From assembly GCF_035594765.1 (NCBI RefSeq), contig NC_085841.1, positions 206,716,155 through 206,780,154 on the forward strand: 64,000 nucleotides of DNA. The letters run 5' to 3'. The notes beneath the pieces were generated by a model that did not search any database, was not told the origin of the DNA, and worked only from the letters and a program-made list of their open reading frames with translations. Shown here in pieces: positions 37,154-50,000 of this stretch (position 1 is the first letter of the stretch; the number at the start of each line of letters is the position of its first letter). The position numbers were made by a program, and so were the translations under genes. Source of the DNA: Anolis carolinensis (Eukaryota).

Positions 37154-37709
37154 ACGTTCATGCACCTACATGTTGCCTAAATAGAGGCAAAATGTGCATC
37201 CTCATAAGTAGAAGTAAAAGGAGAAGACCCTAAAATGGAGGAGACCACATGGTCAACCCAAGGGCAGTTTTAACGGAAGAGGAAGTTCCCGCACAGAAAT
37301 TATATTACTAAATCACCAAAAGCGAGGAGGAGACAGTGACTAGCAGTAGGAGGAAAGCCAAAGCCTTTTTTTGGAAAAAAAAAACATGCATAGGGAAAGC
37401 TTGGCCCTGTTCTCTAGACTAGCTACTCATTGAGGACTGGAGACTTGATGGCATAAGAGACTTGTGCAGTTCAGGGATGAAACCCAACAGTCCCCCCTAC
37501 ATCTGGCTGGCATCTTCAGGGGAAAATGCTGCTAGAACAGGGTCACACAGCCCGGAGACCACACAACATCCCAGAAAAGCGGGGGGGGGGCACACTTTGT
37601 TAGAGGCTGCATTTTCAGCCCCACACGAGGGGCTTCTTCGTCAGAGACCCCATCTACAAGAACTATTTAATGCAGTTCAAACTGTGGTTGCCAGATACCA
37701 GTTCCCACA

Positions 37710-37962
37710 TTTTTGTTTTGTTTTAGAGCGACTTGAGAAACCACAAGTCGCTTCCGGTGTGAGAGAATTGGCCATCTGTAAGGGCGTTGCCCAGGGGACT
37801 CCCGGATGTTTGATGTTTTACCATTCTTGTGGGAGGCTTCTCTCATATTCCCGAATGGGGAGCTGGAGCTGATAAAGGGAGCTCACCCGCTCCCCCCCTC
37901 CGATTTGAACCACCGACCTGTCGGTCAGTACAAGGGTTTAACCCATTGCGCCAGCGTGGCGG
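37710..37962 (-). mobile_element. tRNA-derived SINE in the Hoxd12 intron
   Basis: Homologous to 34797-35058. Confidence 0.75.
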
Positions 37963-38226
37963 CCAGATAAGAAACTCCCACGTGAAAACCTCAGGAAGGA
38001 AAGCCCTCAATGCGCGTCAGTGCTCTGTGGTTCGTGCCAGTACCATCGAGGCCTCAATGAGGTTTGAGGATTTCCTTTGGAACCACCGAGTTTGAGACCA
38101 CATTGTTCAAGAGGCATTTAATGGTCAGTGAAGACGAGACCGAAGGGAGAGGGAAAGAGCCTTCCTGGAAGGAAGCGGGAGCCTTGGGGCCTTTCCTCCT
38201 CCCGGGAAAGATGGCGGCTGTCCTAC

Positions 38227-38704
38227 CCTGGGGCGGCAGGGAGGCGCGGAGGCCGGGCAGGGTCAGGTTCAAGTTGAGGGCGGCGCGGCGAAGCTCCGAG
38301 GCGTCCAAAAGATCGGCGGCGGCGGGCCATCTCCTCCTGGCTTCTTCTTTGGGCGCTTTGGCCGGAGAAGGCAGCCTCTTCGCCATCAGGTCCTGCCCAA
38401 CCCAAGCTTCCTCCTCCTCCTCTTCTCCCTCCTCCTCAGCGTAGTACTTGTGGGTCCTGTGGTGGGGCAGGTAAGGCGCGAGGGGCTGGGGCGAGGGGCT
38501 GCCCAAAGCCTGGCCCCCAGCTCCCCCTCCACCGCCTGCCGTGGGGCTTGATCTGCCGCAGGTCCAGGCGAGGGAGCTCCGCGGGAAGGGCAGCTGCGCG
38601 TTGGCCCGCAGCCCCGGGAAATAGAAGGCCTCTGGGGCGGGAGCTGCGGGCAGGTTCAGCAGAGAGCCCACGCAGCCCGGGCGGCACAGGCTTCGCTCGC
38701 ACAT
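38227..38704 (-). CDS. HOXD12: Hoxd12 exon 1
   Basis: MCERSLCRPGCVGSLLNL...FYFPGLRAN...LNLNLT..LRASLP; donor G|gtagga. 478 nt, phase 1; spliced protein is 239 aa. An in-frame upstream ATG lies at 38731. Confidence 0.9.
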
Positions 38705-38987
38705 CTCCAGCCACGCTCCGCTTCGCTCCATCCGGGTTTAAAGGCGGCAGGCCGGGTCCCTGGAGGGCCGGAGGACGAGGCACAGGGCGGTCGGCATTTC
38801 GGAGCAAGAGAAGTCCTCAAAATGGGGCGAGAAAAAGAGAGAGACCCAAGGCATAGAGGAGGAGGGGGGAGGAAGAGGAGGGGGTGAGTGGGGAGGGAAG
38901 GAGGGAAGGAAGAAGAGAAGGGGTCCTTCCAGTCACGGGACACCGAGGGCAACCGGAGCGGGGGGGGGGGGAGTGAGGAGGAGGGCT

Positions 38988-39262
38988 TTTATTTATTTAT
39001 CATGTCAGAAGCGAACCGAGGATACAGTTGTAATTATTTAGAAACACAAACAAAGTTAAGCGCTTGGCATGATACATAATGTCCTTTGACCATTAGCTGG
39101 CCACTTGGAATGCCTCCGATGTTGCTCTAAGAAGGTCCTCCATTGCGCATGTGGCAGGGATCAGGCTGCATTGCAGTAGGTGATCTGTGGTTTGCTCTTT
39201 TTGCTCTTCTCCACACTCACATGTCCTGGACTCTACTTTGTGGCCCCATTTTTTAAGGTTAG
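38988..39262 (-). mobile_element. Ingi/Vingi-like LINE 3' fragment about 285 bp upstream of the Hoxd12 ATG
   Basis: NLKKWGHKVESRTCECGEEQ...DHLLQC; (taaa)n tail. Confidence 0.85.
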
Positions 39263-40130
39263 GGGGTGCCCCTCCCTTCCCTTGTCCCAGGACTTGAACC
39301 TCCACCTTCCCTTCCTGCCGAGCTCCCGGAAGATTGGCTCGCTTTTTTTTTTTTGCCTTCTCCGCTTCCCTTGTTTGAATGCGGATTTCTTCCCAGTGTT
39401 AGGCTGGATGTACACTGGCATATAAGACAGTTTGAACTCCACTATATGGGTTTACACTGAAAATATAATACGGTTCAAACAGCATTATATGCCAGTGTAG
39501 ATTCTGCCTATGTTTAGTTCTCTGTGTAGATCATTCCTATAGGTGTATATGTGTGTATACATACATACATATATTTGTACATGCATGCAATATTTGTCTG
39601 GGTGGAGATATTGAGAGAGTGAATATATTATTGCATTTGGTAATAAAGCAGAAATCAAGGTGTGTAGATGCCCATACAACATGTATATATATAGAGGGTT
39701 TTAGAGAGAGAGAGAGAGAGTATATTGCTATATTTCGTAACAAAACAAAAACTAAGGTGTATGTTTGTATGTACTTACATGCACACATACCTTGTGTGTG
39801 TGTGTACACAGGGTTTTTGAAAATGAGTGAGCAAATATATTATTGTATTTAGCAACAAAGCAAAAATTAAGAGGTATATTTATGTGTGTGCGGGGATGCA
39901 CGTGTAACATGCGTGTGCATAGAGAAACGTGCATGCACGAGCGCGTGTAATATCGCTTTATTTGATAAGGCAAGAGAAAGCAAGATGTCCCTATGCCTGT
40001 GTGAGTCTCTGCAGCTATATGATATATGATATATATACTGTATATATGTATGTGTGATATACAAAAAACAACAAATAAACAGAAGTTATCCTGTGTGAAT
40101 GTTCAAAATAGGAATAAGGAGATGGTAAGA

Positions 40131-40330
40131 TGAAGCAGCATGGTGTAGTGGTTTCAGAGTTGGACTATGATCAGGGTTCAATTTGATTCAGTTCCCCACT
40201 CGGACATGGAAACATACTTTCTCAGTCTCAGAAGAAGTCAAAGGACAAACCTTGACAAGAAAAAAAACTGAGATAAGTTTGCTTTGGGGTAGCCATAAGT
40301 CAGAAACGACTGGAAGGCATCTAACAAGAA
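40131..40330 (+). mobile_element. tRNA-derived SINE with RTE/Bov-B-like tail
   Basis: ggtgtagtggtt...gggttcaa head; gccataagtcagaaacgactggaaggca tail; related copy at about 53865-54056. Confidence 0.55.
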
Positions 40331-40481
40331 GACATGAACATTAAATACCTTTTCCTAGAATAAAGATGCCCAGAATTGTATGCAATATGCATATTGTTGC
40401 CTTCTTAATCTTTATGGGTTAGACTGAGACTAGGTACGAAGAATGATTTAACCGATATTATTTTACAGTTTATGTATTGCA

Positions 40482-40725
40482 TGTGTTGTGGAAGGCTTTC
40501 ATGGCCGGAATCACAGGGTTGTTAGGTGTGTTTTCCGGGCTGTACGGCCATGTTCCAGAAGTATTCTCTCATGAGGTTTCTCCCGCACCTATGGCAGGCA
40601 TCCCCAGAGGTTGTAAGGTATATACCTGACAACCTCTGAAGATGCCTGCCATAGATGTGGGCGAAACCTCAGGAGAGAATACTTCTGGAACATGGCCATA
40701 CAGCTCGGAAAACACACAACAACCC
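40482..40725. mobile_element. PLE inverted-repeat fragment
   Basis: Both orientations; flanked by tatgtattgcatg repeats; plus-strand hammerhead core CTGAAGA...GAAA-cCTC at 40633-40673. Confidence 0.85.
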
Positions 40726-41284
40726 TATGTATTGCATGCTCGCACAAGTCTGCGATACATATAATACTTGAATGCATGTGGGGAAAACACCCCTGTTCTG
40801 AACATATTATTTTAGTTGAACATTTTCTTACATATTTAGAAACAAGGCGAATGGAAACTGTCGACCATTGCAAATCCAGGCAGATCGCTTTATACTATTT
40901 GCCTGGAATCCTGAATCAATTTACTTGGAAATAAATCTCATTGAATCCTACTGCGTTGAGGAAATAAATATGGGATAGTAAGACCTTGGGGACTTTTCCC
41001 GGCTGAAAACATCTCTGTCTCATTCACAGAGCTTTATTATTGAGCCTCATTTTTCACAATATAATGTTTTAAATGTCTAATTCCTTGTTTTAATTGTATG
41101 ATTTCTACGGATTATTATATTGAACGGCAAAGAAAACGCTTGCATGTGAGCGAGAGGGAGCGTCACAGCCGCAGTTTATCTGTGCTTTAATTTATTTTAT
41201 CATTGAATACTATGTTACAACTTTTCTAAAGACTCCTGTGTAGGAATGTATTTCTTCGCATCTCTCTCCCTGCTCAAACAAACG

Positions 41285-41470
41285 AATGTTGCCCAGGGGA
41301 CGCCGGGGTGTTTTGAAGTTTTACCATACTGTGGGAGGCTTATCTCATGTCCCGCACGGGAAGCTAGAGCTGACAGATGGGAACTCACCCCACTCCCCGG
41401 ATTCAAACCGCCAATCTTTCGGTCAGCAATTCAGCTGGCACAAGGGTTTGACTCATTGTGACAAGGGGGC
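41285..41470 (-). mobile_element. SINE fragment (same family as 34797-35058)
   Basis: gttgcccaggggacgcc...tgtgggaggct. Confidence 0.7.
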
Positions 41471-42213
41471 ATTATGAGTTAACAAACAGGCAAATATATG
41501 TTATGCAAGCTTCAAACCGTGGCAGCCAGACAAATATATTTTATCATATTTTAGCTGGGATCTGCCCCTGTTGCATAGCCAACAGGGGCAGCTCTGTTGG
41601 CCATGCAGCGAATTCAAACAAAATCTACATCCCACAAAAGAGAGATGCCATTACTGACCAAATAAAGCCCACAAAATGCAGTATGCATTAGGATGTGTAT
41701 GGCCGACTCCTTCTCCCAACGATATGGGTTGTATTGCTGTTTCTCTGAAGGCTCTGAGCCTGTTTTGAAAGCAGATAATAGTTGGGGAAGGGAAAGAGGG
41801 GAAATAGAAAGTCTTCAGTGGTGACTGACTAATTAATAGTAATAATTTGCATGGCATCCTTTCTCCCCTATTCTCTGGGGGGAAATTGTACAGTCAGTTT
41901 GGTCGGCGGGGAGAAGGGAAGGGGGTTAGTGCTGATCTTCCTCTGATGGAAAGACCAATTAAAACATGGAGGGGGGATTTTCTCTTCTGAGTCTCGACAA
42001 AGGCAGGACCTCTCTTTTTTTCTCCACACCCCACGCTGGAAATTGACTTAAGGCTGGTAAAGACGTGGCTCTAACCTGCCTTGAATGGGCGTTTGTATCG
42101 AGCTGCTGTTTACAATGGGCACTCTGTGCAGGCGATATCATAATATGTGTGAACTTTTGAAAAGAGACTATTCAAGAAAATATTCCCTTGGGAAAGTTCT
42201 GCAACACCTCTCA

Positions 42214-42336
42214 GGGCCCTTCCACAGTCATATAACCCAGTATCTGCTTTGAACTGGGTTATCTGAGTCCACACTGCCATGTATTCCAGTTCAAAGCAGA
42301 TAATGTGGGGTGTTATTCAGCTCTGTGGAAGGGTCC
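42214..42336. mobile_element. Harbinger-like MITE
   Basis: TIRs with a 3-bp TSD TCA; further copies at 43711-43837 and 43922-43997. Confidence 0.8.
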
Positions 42337-42761
42337 TCAGATACAGTATTCCCAGAAACCTTTGATTCTAGAGATTTCTCTTTCAGGCTAAATATGGCAT
42401 AACAAATGGAATGAAATCCGTTGTTTTTAAGAGACCAAGAAAAAACAGACCAACAGTTCAAACTGCACTGTATGAGTCTACAGTGGCCATATAATGCAGT
42501 TCAAGCAGTGTCGTTCCAGTCGAATGTTGTAGATTTCGAATGCAACATTAAAAAATTGAGTTTCGTGCATCTGTTGTCTTGCGCATATGCATTCAAACCC
42601 AAGTCTGAAAGGGGAAGAGGCAATTTCAGCCATAATGGAAGAACAGACAAAACAATTTGAAGAGGAGGATGATACACGTTAGGGCTTCTTTTCTGTGTAT
42701 GAGAGGGAGATAAAAATTGCTATTCTCCCCTGAAAAAGCGGTGGGAGAATAATTTAGACCT

Positions 42762-43373
42762 TGTGATGTCCAAAGCTTTCATCACTGGGTTGCTGAGAGT
42801 TTTCCGGGCTGTATGGCCATGTTCCAAAAGCATTCTTTCCTGACGTCTCACCCACATCTATGGCAGTCATCTTCAGAGCTTGTGAGAAGTATGTTGGAAA
42901 CTAGACAAGTGGGGTTTATATATCTGTGGAATGTTCAGGGTGGGAAAAAGAACTTAACAGAAAGGAGGAAACCACGAAAATGAACAAAATCTGGGTACCA
43001 GTATTTTAAAAAATTCTAAAAATCAGTACAGTAAATAAAGAACAACACTCAGAAGACAGGGGAATTTCAGACAAAAAACAATCAAGACAAATTAACACCT
43101 CCCAACAAAGGATCCCCCCAGGCAGAAAGCAACCAGGCTTTGAAACTGCAAGGCTATTCAATGCTAATCAAGCTGGTCAACATTCACATTTGCCTCAGGC
43201 AGACAAGTGCTCTTTCTCCCACCCTGAACATTCCACAAATAAATAAACCCCACTTGGCTAGTTTCCAACAGGCCTCACAACCTTTGAGGATGGCTGCCAT
43301 AGATGTGGGGGAAACGTCAGGAGAGAAGGCTTCTGGAACATGGCCATACAGCCAAGAAAACTCACAGCAACCC
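42762..43373. mobile_element. PLE inverted-repeat fragment
   Basis: Inverted pLTR, then ORF tail, then pLTR. Confidence 0.85.
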
Positions 43374-45034
43374 AATTTAGACCTTCCCAGTTAGGCTCAC
43401 AGTATTGTGCTTAGGTGCCATCAAATCACTTATCAACTTAAGGCGACCTCATGAACCCCATAAGGGTTTCTTAGGTAAGGCATACTCGGTTTAGCTATTG
43501 CCTTCCTCTAAAATCCAATCTATACCAGATATAAGAAATTATTTGAGGAATTCTGTGAAATGGGCAAATTGGGTCCCATCTACAATGACCATTAAACCAG
43601 TTTGAAACTAGTTTCAAACGTGGCAGCCAGACAGCAGGCTCACACAAAAGTCAGAGGGGGGGACCCTTAATGCCTATCATTGCTTTGTGAGTTGTGTCAT
43701 GACCATCTGAAGCCCCTTCCACACAGCTGAATAAAATCCTATATTTTCTGCTTTGAACAGTGGCAGTGTGGACTCTGATAACCCAGTTCAAAGTAGATAT
43801 TGTGGGATATTGTGGGATATGGCTCGGTGGAAGGGCCTTAAGCCTCACACTGATTCCAGGATTTTCTTTGTAATAATCTGCATAAAGAGGGTTTGTATAG
43901 CAACTCCCAAAGAATCTGCTTGGGCCCTTCCACACTGCCATATATTCCAGTTCAAATTAGAAAATGTGGGATTTTATTCAGCTGTATGGAAGGGGCCTTC
44001 GCGGCCCTCCCCTTTCCCCACAAGCCTTATGAGAAAAGTTACTTTCGAGGACTAAGACTCCCGGAATTCCCGCCTCTCCAGCCACCATGACCAGTACAGT
44101 CTAAAAAGTAGCTTTCTCTGGCTCTGCGATTAGGCTTTGCCTCAGACCTCTCAACTTCTTCCTCCGATTAACTCTTCTCACTGACCTAATATGGAGAGCT
44201 TGGAAGGCCTCATTTCCCCGTCTGCCCTCCTCGTCCTTCTCAATCCCATTTAAAACAAAACAAAACAAAATCTTGGAGATTATAGTCCTGTCCAGATTTT
44301 GCCTCCTAGTTTTCAGGCCCATGCCTCCGGCCATTCCACTCCACACCACTTTCTTCTATCAAGGAAGACCAAAACCAACCCCCAACTCCTCCTTGGCTTT
44401 GAACGCAATCTTTAAAGCATTAGCTCTCTCCCTTCCCCCCAGCCCCACAACACGGTCCTTCAGACCACACAGGCAACGCCAGAGGATATTGCTCACGGCC
44501 ACTACCTCTAATTTTTATGGGTTGACTGATGTCTCCCAATTGAGCCTCTCTTATTAAGTCTTTGGGCTCTGCCTTCCTCTGGGTTTCAACCCCGAATGAC
44601 TCAAGGGGGGGAAAGGCCCAAACAGCCTTCTGCCCCGACAGCTTAGCCATAGCCCCTCCTTTGCGCTGCCAGTGCCTTCATTTTTTAAAATTGAAAATGT
44701 ATTCTGTTTTCATTGACATTTATATCCCGCTTTTCCTCCAATGAACTGAAGGTAGCATATAGGACTCTGACTGCTCACTTTATACACATAACCAACCTTT
44801 GAAATGTGAATTTTAACGTTTAACGAAGAATATGCCATCCAAATGAAGTTCCTACAGAAATGTCTGCACTATTTACATTTTTGTAGATTATTTTATTTTA
44901 TTAACTGTTATATTTATATCCTGCCTTTCCTCCAACATACTCCATGCAAGTTTATATTGTGCATGTAAAAGAAACATGCAAGCACTCAAACGCACACAGG
45001 AAAAATATCAACAAACTAGAAATATATTTGAATA

Positions 45035-45922
45035 TTTATTTATTTATCGTGCCAAAAGTGAATTGTTGTGATCCCCAGGTTGTGACAGTCAGTTTTCCTA
45101 CAATGTTATTTCTAGCACCCACTTTTTGCTTGATATTCAAGCCGTGCTTCTTATAAATCAGAGCACAGTCCAGAGTAACTCCCAGGTATTTTGGTGTTCT
45201 GCAATGCTCCAGTGGGATTCCTTCCCAGGTGATCCTTAGAGCTCGAACTGCTTGTCTATTCTTAAGATGGAAAGCACACATCTGCTTTGGAGAGTTTCTG
45301 TTCGACCATTTCAAAGCTCCCTGCTTGAGCGGTTATGGCAAGATCATCAGCATAGATCAAACTTTCTGTCTCTTCTGGCAGTGGTTGGTCATTTGTGTAA
45401 ATGTTAAACACTGATGGAGCAAGCCTTCTGTTTTTGCCATCTGCTTCTCTGGCCCTGCAACTCAACAAAAAAGCTCCTGTTTTATAGCAGATTTCCTATG
45501 AAGCAGGTGAGGTAGTACTTTTTGATACTATAATTTTTTTTCAAAGGAGAAGGTGATGATTTACAGTATCATAAGCTGCTGACAGGTCTATGAAAACAGC
45601 TCCTGTGATCTGCTGACTTTCAAAACCATCTTCTATGGGCTTAATCAGGTTCAAAACTTGTGATGTGCAGCTTTTGCCTTTCCTGAAACCAGCTTGCTGG
45701 GATTCCTGACAGATCCCTAAAATCTGAGGAAAGCAAGAGTCATAGCCATTTTAAAACCAGGCAAAGACCATAATGACCCAAAAACCTATAGACCAATCTC
45801 CTTGTCATGCAATCTTTACAGATGAAGGAGAGAATACTACTTTACAGCTTATAGAGTCCATTTATGATGTACCAACAATTTCTTCAATTGAAAAAACTTA
45901 TTTTGCATAGGATTATGGGAAA
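45035..45922 (-). mobile_element. Ingi/Vingi-like LINE with 5' inversion and internal deletion
   Basis: Minus strand: QQAGFR...IYADDLAI...KYLGVTLD plus (taaa)n tail. Plus strand 45706-45922: IPKI*.KARVIAILKPGKD...YRPISL. 15-bp TSD AAATATATTTGAATA (45020-45034 and 45923-45937). Confidence 0.9.
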
Positions 45923-46444
45923 AAATATATTTGAATAATATGGGAAGACTTGGATGCTATGAGGGGAAGTGAGACTCAGGACATGTGGAAGAAAGATAAA
46001 TATCATGCAATAAATATTTTAATGTATTTCTGATTTATTCATCACAAAGAAATCACAAAGGCTATCCAGTTCAGTCTATTGCTAGGCAGGAACACTGGCA
46101 TTCACATCTTATTTAGATCTCTTGCATTCCTATATTCTCTAGCTAATAAGCGCCTCCTTCTGGGATCCAGAACAGACTTCACTAAAGAGCTTTAAAATGC
46201 TCCCTCTCTGTTCACATGAGAAAACAAATGTTCACAGAGTGTATAAATGAATGTCAACACTGACTGCCTTTCTAAAGGCACTGGATTTGCTGTGTTATTC
46301 TTCATATGTTTCCGAGAAGCCAAATCCACTTTGTGGGTTGGGACTTTCTTTGTAGCATAGAACTACAGCCTTAAAGGGCTGTCCTTCATTCACTTACTTG
46401 TGAGCCCTTTGATAAAAGAAGAAGGAGGGTCATTGGTGTGAGGA

Positions 46445-47025
46445 TGATAGGATTATGATACCAATATGGTTAGATATTGGTGCAGAGTAACAGAAATACA
46501 GAAGTCTAGGGGTTTATGTGAGCAGAGGTGAGAAAAAAAGCAAAATAGCCAGCCTCCCTTTCCTTTTAAAAGAGACATGTGCATAAAATAAACATCAGAG
46601 ACACTAAAAGTAAAATAGTAAAAATATGTTTACTCACGATCTTGTATGATGATGGTCATACAGGTAAAAACATCTTAGTTCCAAAAGAACACTGTTCAGG
46701 ATACTACATATCTCTTAACAAGAAGTAACATCAGGCAGCATGGCTGGATGAAGAGCCAGGAAGAGGTGAAGAGCAAGAAGAGCAGGAAGAGAGAGAACAA
46801 AAGAAAGTCTCCCCTTTTATGCCCCAAATTCTAAAGGCATATGTAACTTCCTGTATGTCTCCAGGAAGTATACTCCCATTTCCCACATCACATGCAAAAC
46901 CCCTAAAATGGTGCCATCAACTCTGGAATGCAGCTTTGGCTTCAGGTTACTAAGCAACAAACAAAACTAACTACATAAACCATCCCACATTGAAAATGCA
47001 TGCATGATTGCTAGATAACCCAACA
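46445..47025 (-). repeat. copia 3' LTR
   Basis: Direct repeat of 51478-52060; preceded on the minus strand by the purine tract aagattgagaagggc. Confidence 0.95.
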
Positions 47026-47050
47026 GCCCTTCTCAATCTTTCATGCATTT

Positions 47051-50000
47051 TTAAACTATTAGTCCCATCTTGACACGGAGGTCTTGGAAACCATCTCTAG
47101 GTAATGGTTTAGTCAAAATGTCCGCCACCATCTCTTTTGTTGGACAGTATGTCAGTTCAATCGTTCCATCTTGAGAAAGTTTGCATACAGTATGGTACCT
47201 TATTCCAATGTGCTTTGTATGCATCATCATATTCTCAGACTTGGCAAACTTGATACAACTTTGGTTGTCCTCAAAAACATGAATAGGTTTCTGCTCATCA
47301 ATTCCAAAGTCAGTCAGAAGTTGATGAAGCCATAAAAGTTCATCTGATGCTATGCATTCTGCCTCTGTAGTAGATTTAGCCACTAATTCTTGTTTCCGGC
47401 TGGCCCAAGCGATAGGACCGTCTACGTACAGAAACAAGTATCCGCTGGTTGATTGACAATCCGAAGAATCACTAGCCCAGTCAGCATCTGAGTAACAAAT
47501 CAATCTTGGTTTGTCACTTGCTGGTAACTTCAATTGTAAGTCCATTGTTCCTTTCAGGTATCTTACAACTCTCTTGACACCTATCCAATCTCTCTGAGTA
47601 GGTGCATTGACCTTTCTGCTTAGAATTCCAACAGCAGACGATATATCTGGTCTTGTATTGGTAGCTAAATATAGGAGCTTTCCTATAGCAGTTCTATACT
47701 GGTTGTTGTTTGGCAAAAGTTCACTTTCTTCATTTTTCTTAAGAAATCTGTAGTCATTGGTGTAGCTACTGTTTTTGCATCTTGAAGTCCGGTAGCTTCC
47801 AGCAAATCTACAATCTTTTGCCTCTGACTCAAGAGAAAAGATCAATCTTCCTCTCTCTTGATTTGTATTCCAAGATAGTACATAGCATCGCCAAGTTCCT
47901 TCAATTCAACATGTTTGCTCAAATATTGTACAACCTCGGTGTAATCTTCATCTGATTGACTTGATACAATAAGATCATCTACATAGGTCAGAATAAAAGT
48001 ACAATGTCCATTTTTGGTTCTAGTATACAAACACTGATCTGCTTCTCCTTGCTTGAATCCCAGCTACTTCAGCATTTCATCTAATTTCTCATTCCAGGCT
48101 CTTGCTGATTGACGAAGTCCATAGAGACCCTTGTGAAGTTTAGAAACAAGGTGAGGTCTTCTCTTTTCCTCAAAACCAGGTGGTTGTCTCATAGACTTTC
48201 GGAAATCTTTCCATGCAGAAATGCAGTCTTAACATCTAGATGTCGTACAGTCATCTTCTTTGAAGCTGCAACACTTAGAAGTAGTCTTATGGTGCTGTGT
48301 TTCACAACAGGTGCTGTGTTTCACAACAGGTTCTGAGAAAATCCCTGAGCAACTAGTCTCGCTTTGTAGCACTCAATTCTTCCTTCTGCATCTCGCTTTA
48401 ATGTGAATACCATCTGCATCCAATTGGCTTCTTACCGGGTTGAAGTTCAGTTAGTGTCCAAGTTCCATTCTTGTGTAGAGCATCAATCTCTTCTTGTGCT
48501 GCTTTCCTCCACTGTTGAGCTTCTGTGGCAGGCAGCATCTCAATTTTGTGGATTGTTCACTGGATAATGTTGACTCTGCATGGTAAGACAATATCGAGGG
48601 TGGTACACCTCTGTTGGGACGCAATGAATACCTGTGAGTTTGTTCTGGAAGACAACCTACCTCTGCAGATCCATCTAGTCCAGGACCCAACTCATCAGCA
48701 TCATCTTCTGGCTCTCCTGTTTGTGTACTTCCTGTAGCATCTTTGGTGCGTTCTTGCCTCTCTGGATGGACTCCTGTGGCATTTCCAGTGTATCAATTGA
48801 AGAAATTGTTGGTATATCATCAATGGACTCTATAAGCTGTAAAGTAGTATTCTCTCCTTCATCTGAAAAATCTAGCATAGTCCCTTTTAGATTGACTTTG
48901 GTCTGTTCATCAAAATGCACTACATGTCGTGTAGATACTTCACCAGTCATTAAGTTCAGGACTCTATAACCCTTATCTTCAGGTGCATAACCAACTAAAA
49001 TAGTTTGTTCAGATCTACAGTCCAACTTGTGCCTTTTCTGCTTGGGAATGTAAGCATAAGTTATACTTCCAAACTTTTTGATGCGTTTCATACTTGGCAC
49101 ATTACCAGTCCACAACTCAAAAGGAGTCTTAGTAGCACCTTTTGTTTGTAGACGATTCTGAAGAAAGGTAGCAGTGACAAAAGCTTTGCCCCAAAGGCAA
49201 TCTGGAAGACTTACATCTTTTAACATACACCTTGTCATCTCAACTAGAGACCTAATCTTCCTTTCAGCCACTCCATTTTGCTGAGGAGTATAAGGAACAC
49301 TCTTAATATGCTGAATTCCATTCTCTCCCAGGAATCTCTGTATGCGGTGTGAAGTGTACTCACTACCACAATCAGTTTGAATAGCTTTTGGTGTGCATCC
49401 AAACTTAGTTTTCACCATAGCAACATATCTCTGCAACATGTCTTGAGCTTCAGATTTATCTTTCAAAATGTAAAAAACACAAAACCTCAAAAAATCTTCT
49501 AAGAAAATAACTGCATAACGATTTCCTCCATATGAAGTCTTAAAAGGTCCACAGATATCTCTGTGAATTAAATCTAGAATCTTAGTAGATCTCTTTTCTG
49601 GGTTGACTGGAAAAGAGGGACTCACTGCTTTCTGTTGAACACAGACTACACATTTATCAAAAGCTGTATTACTAATCTAAGGGTTTGTAGCCAAATTGTC
49701 CTTCTGCAACTCAAAACGTCTATGCCAAATTTCAAGATTCTTTCCATCAACATGTGTCTTAACTATGTTGGCTTGCTCAGATGAAACACACAATTCATAC
49801 ATTCCATTCTTTTCAAAAGCTTTGGCATACAAAACACCTTCTTTTGTAATATCACATTGACTATTCTCAAAATGAATTGCAAATCCCTTCTTGTCCATGG
49901 AACTAACACTTAGCATGTTGTACTGAAGTGAATCAGTGTAAAGAACATCTGAAATCTCTGTTTCAGCAACCTCATCAGGCAAACTACATTTTACAATACA

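Noticed and set aside
512-38704. HoxC or HoxA identity, or a miR-196 between paralogues 9 and 10
   Set aside because: N- and C-terminal residues match HoxD, and no TAGGTAGTT hairpin was seen, as expected for HoxD.
38705-38731. Upstream in-frame ATG of Hoxd12
   Set aside because: Only about 6 bp from a TATA-like TTTAAA, so probably upstream of the transcription start; MCERSL is the conserved start. Not fully excluded.
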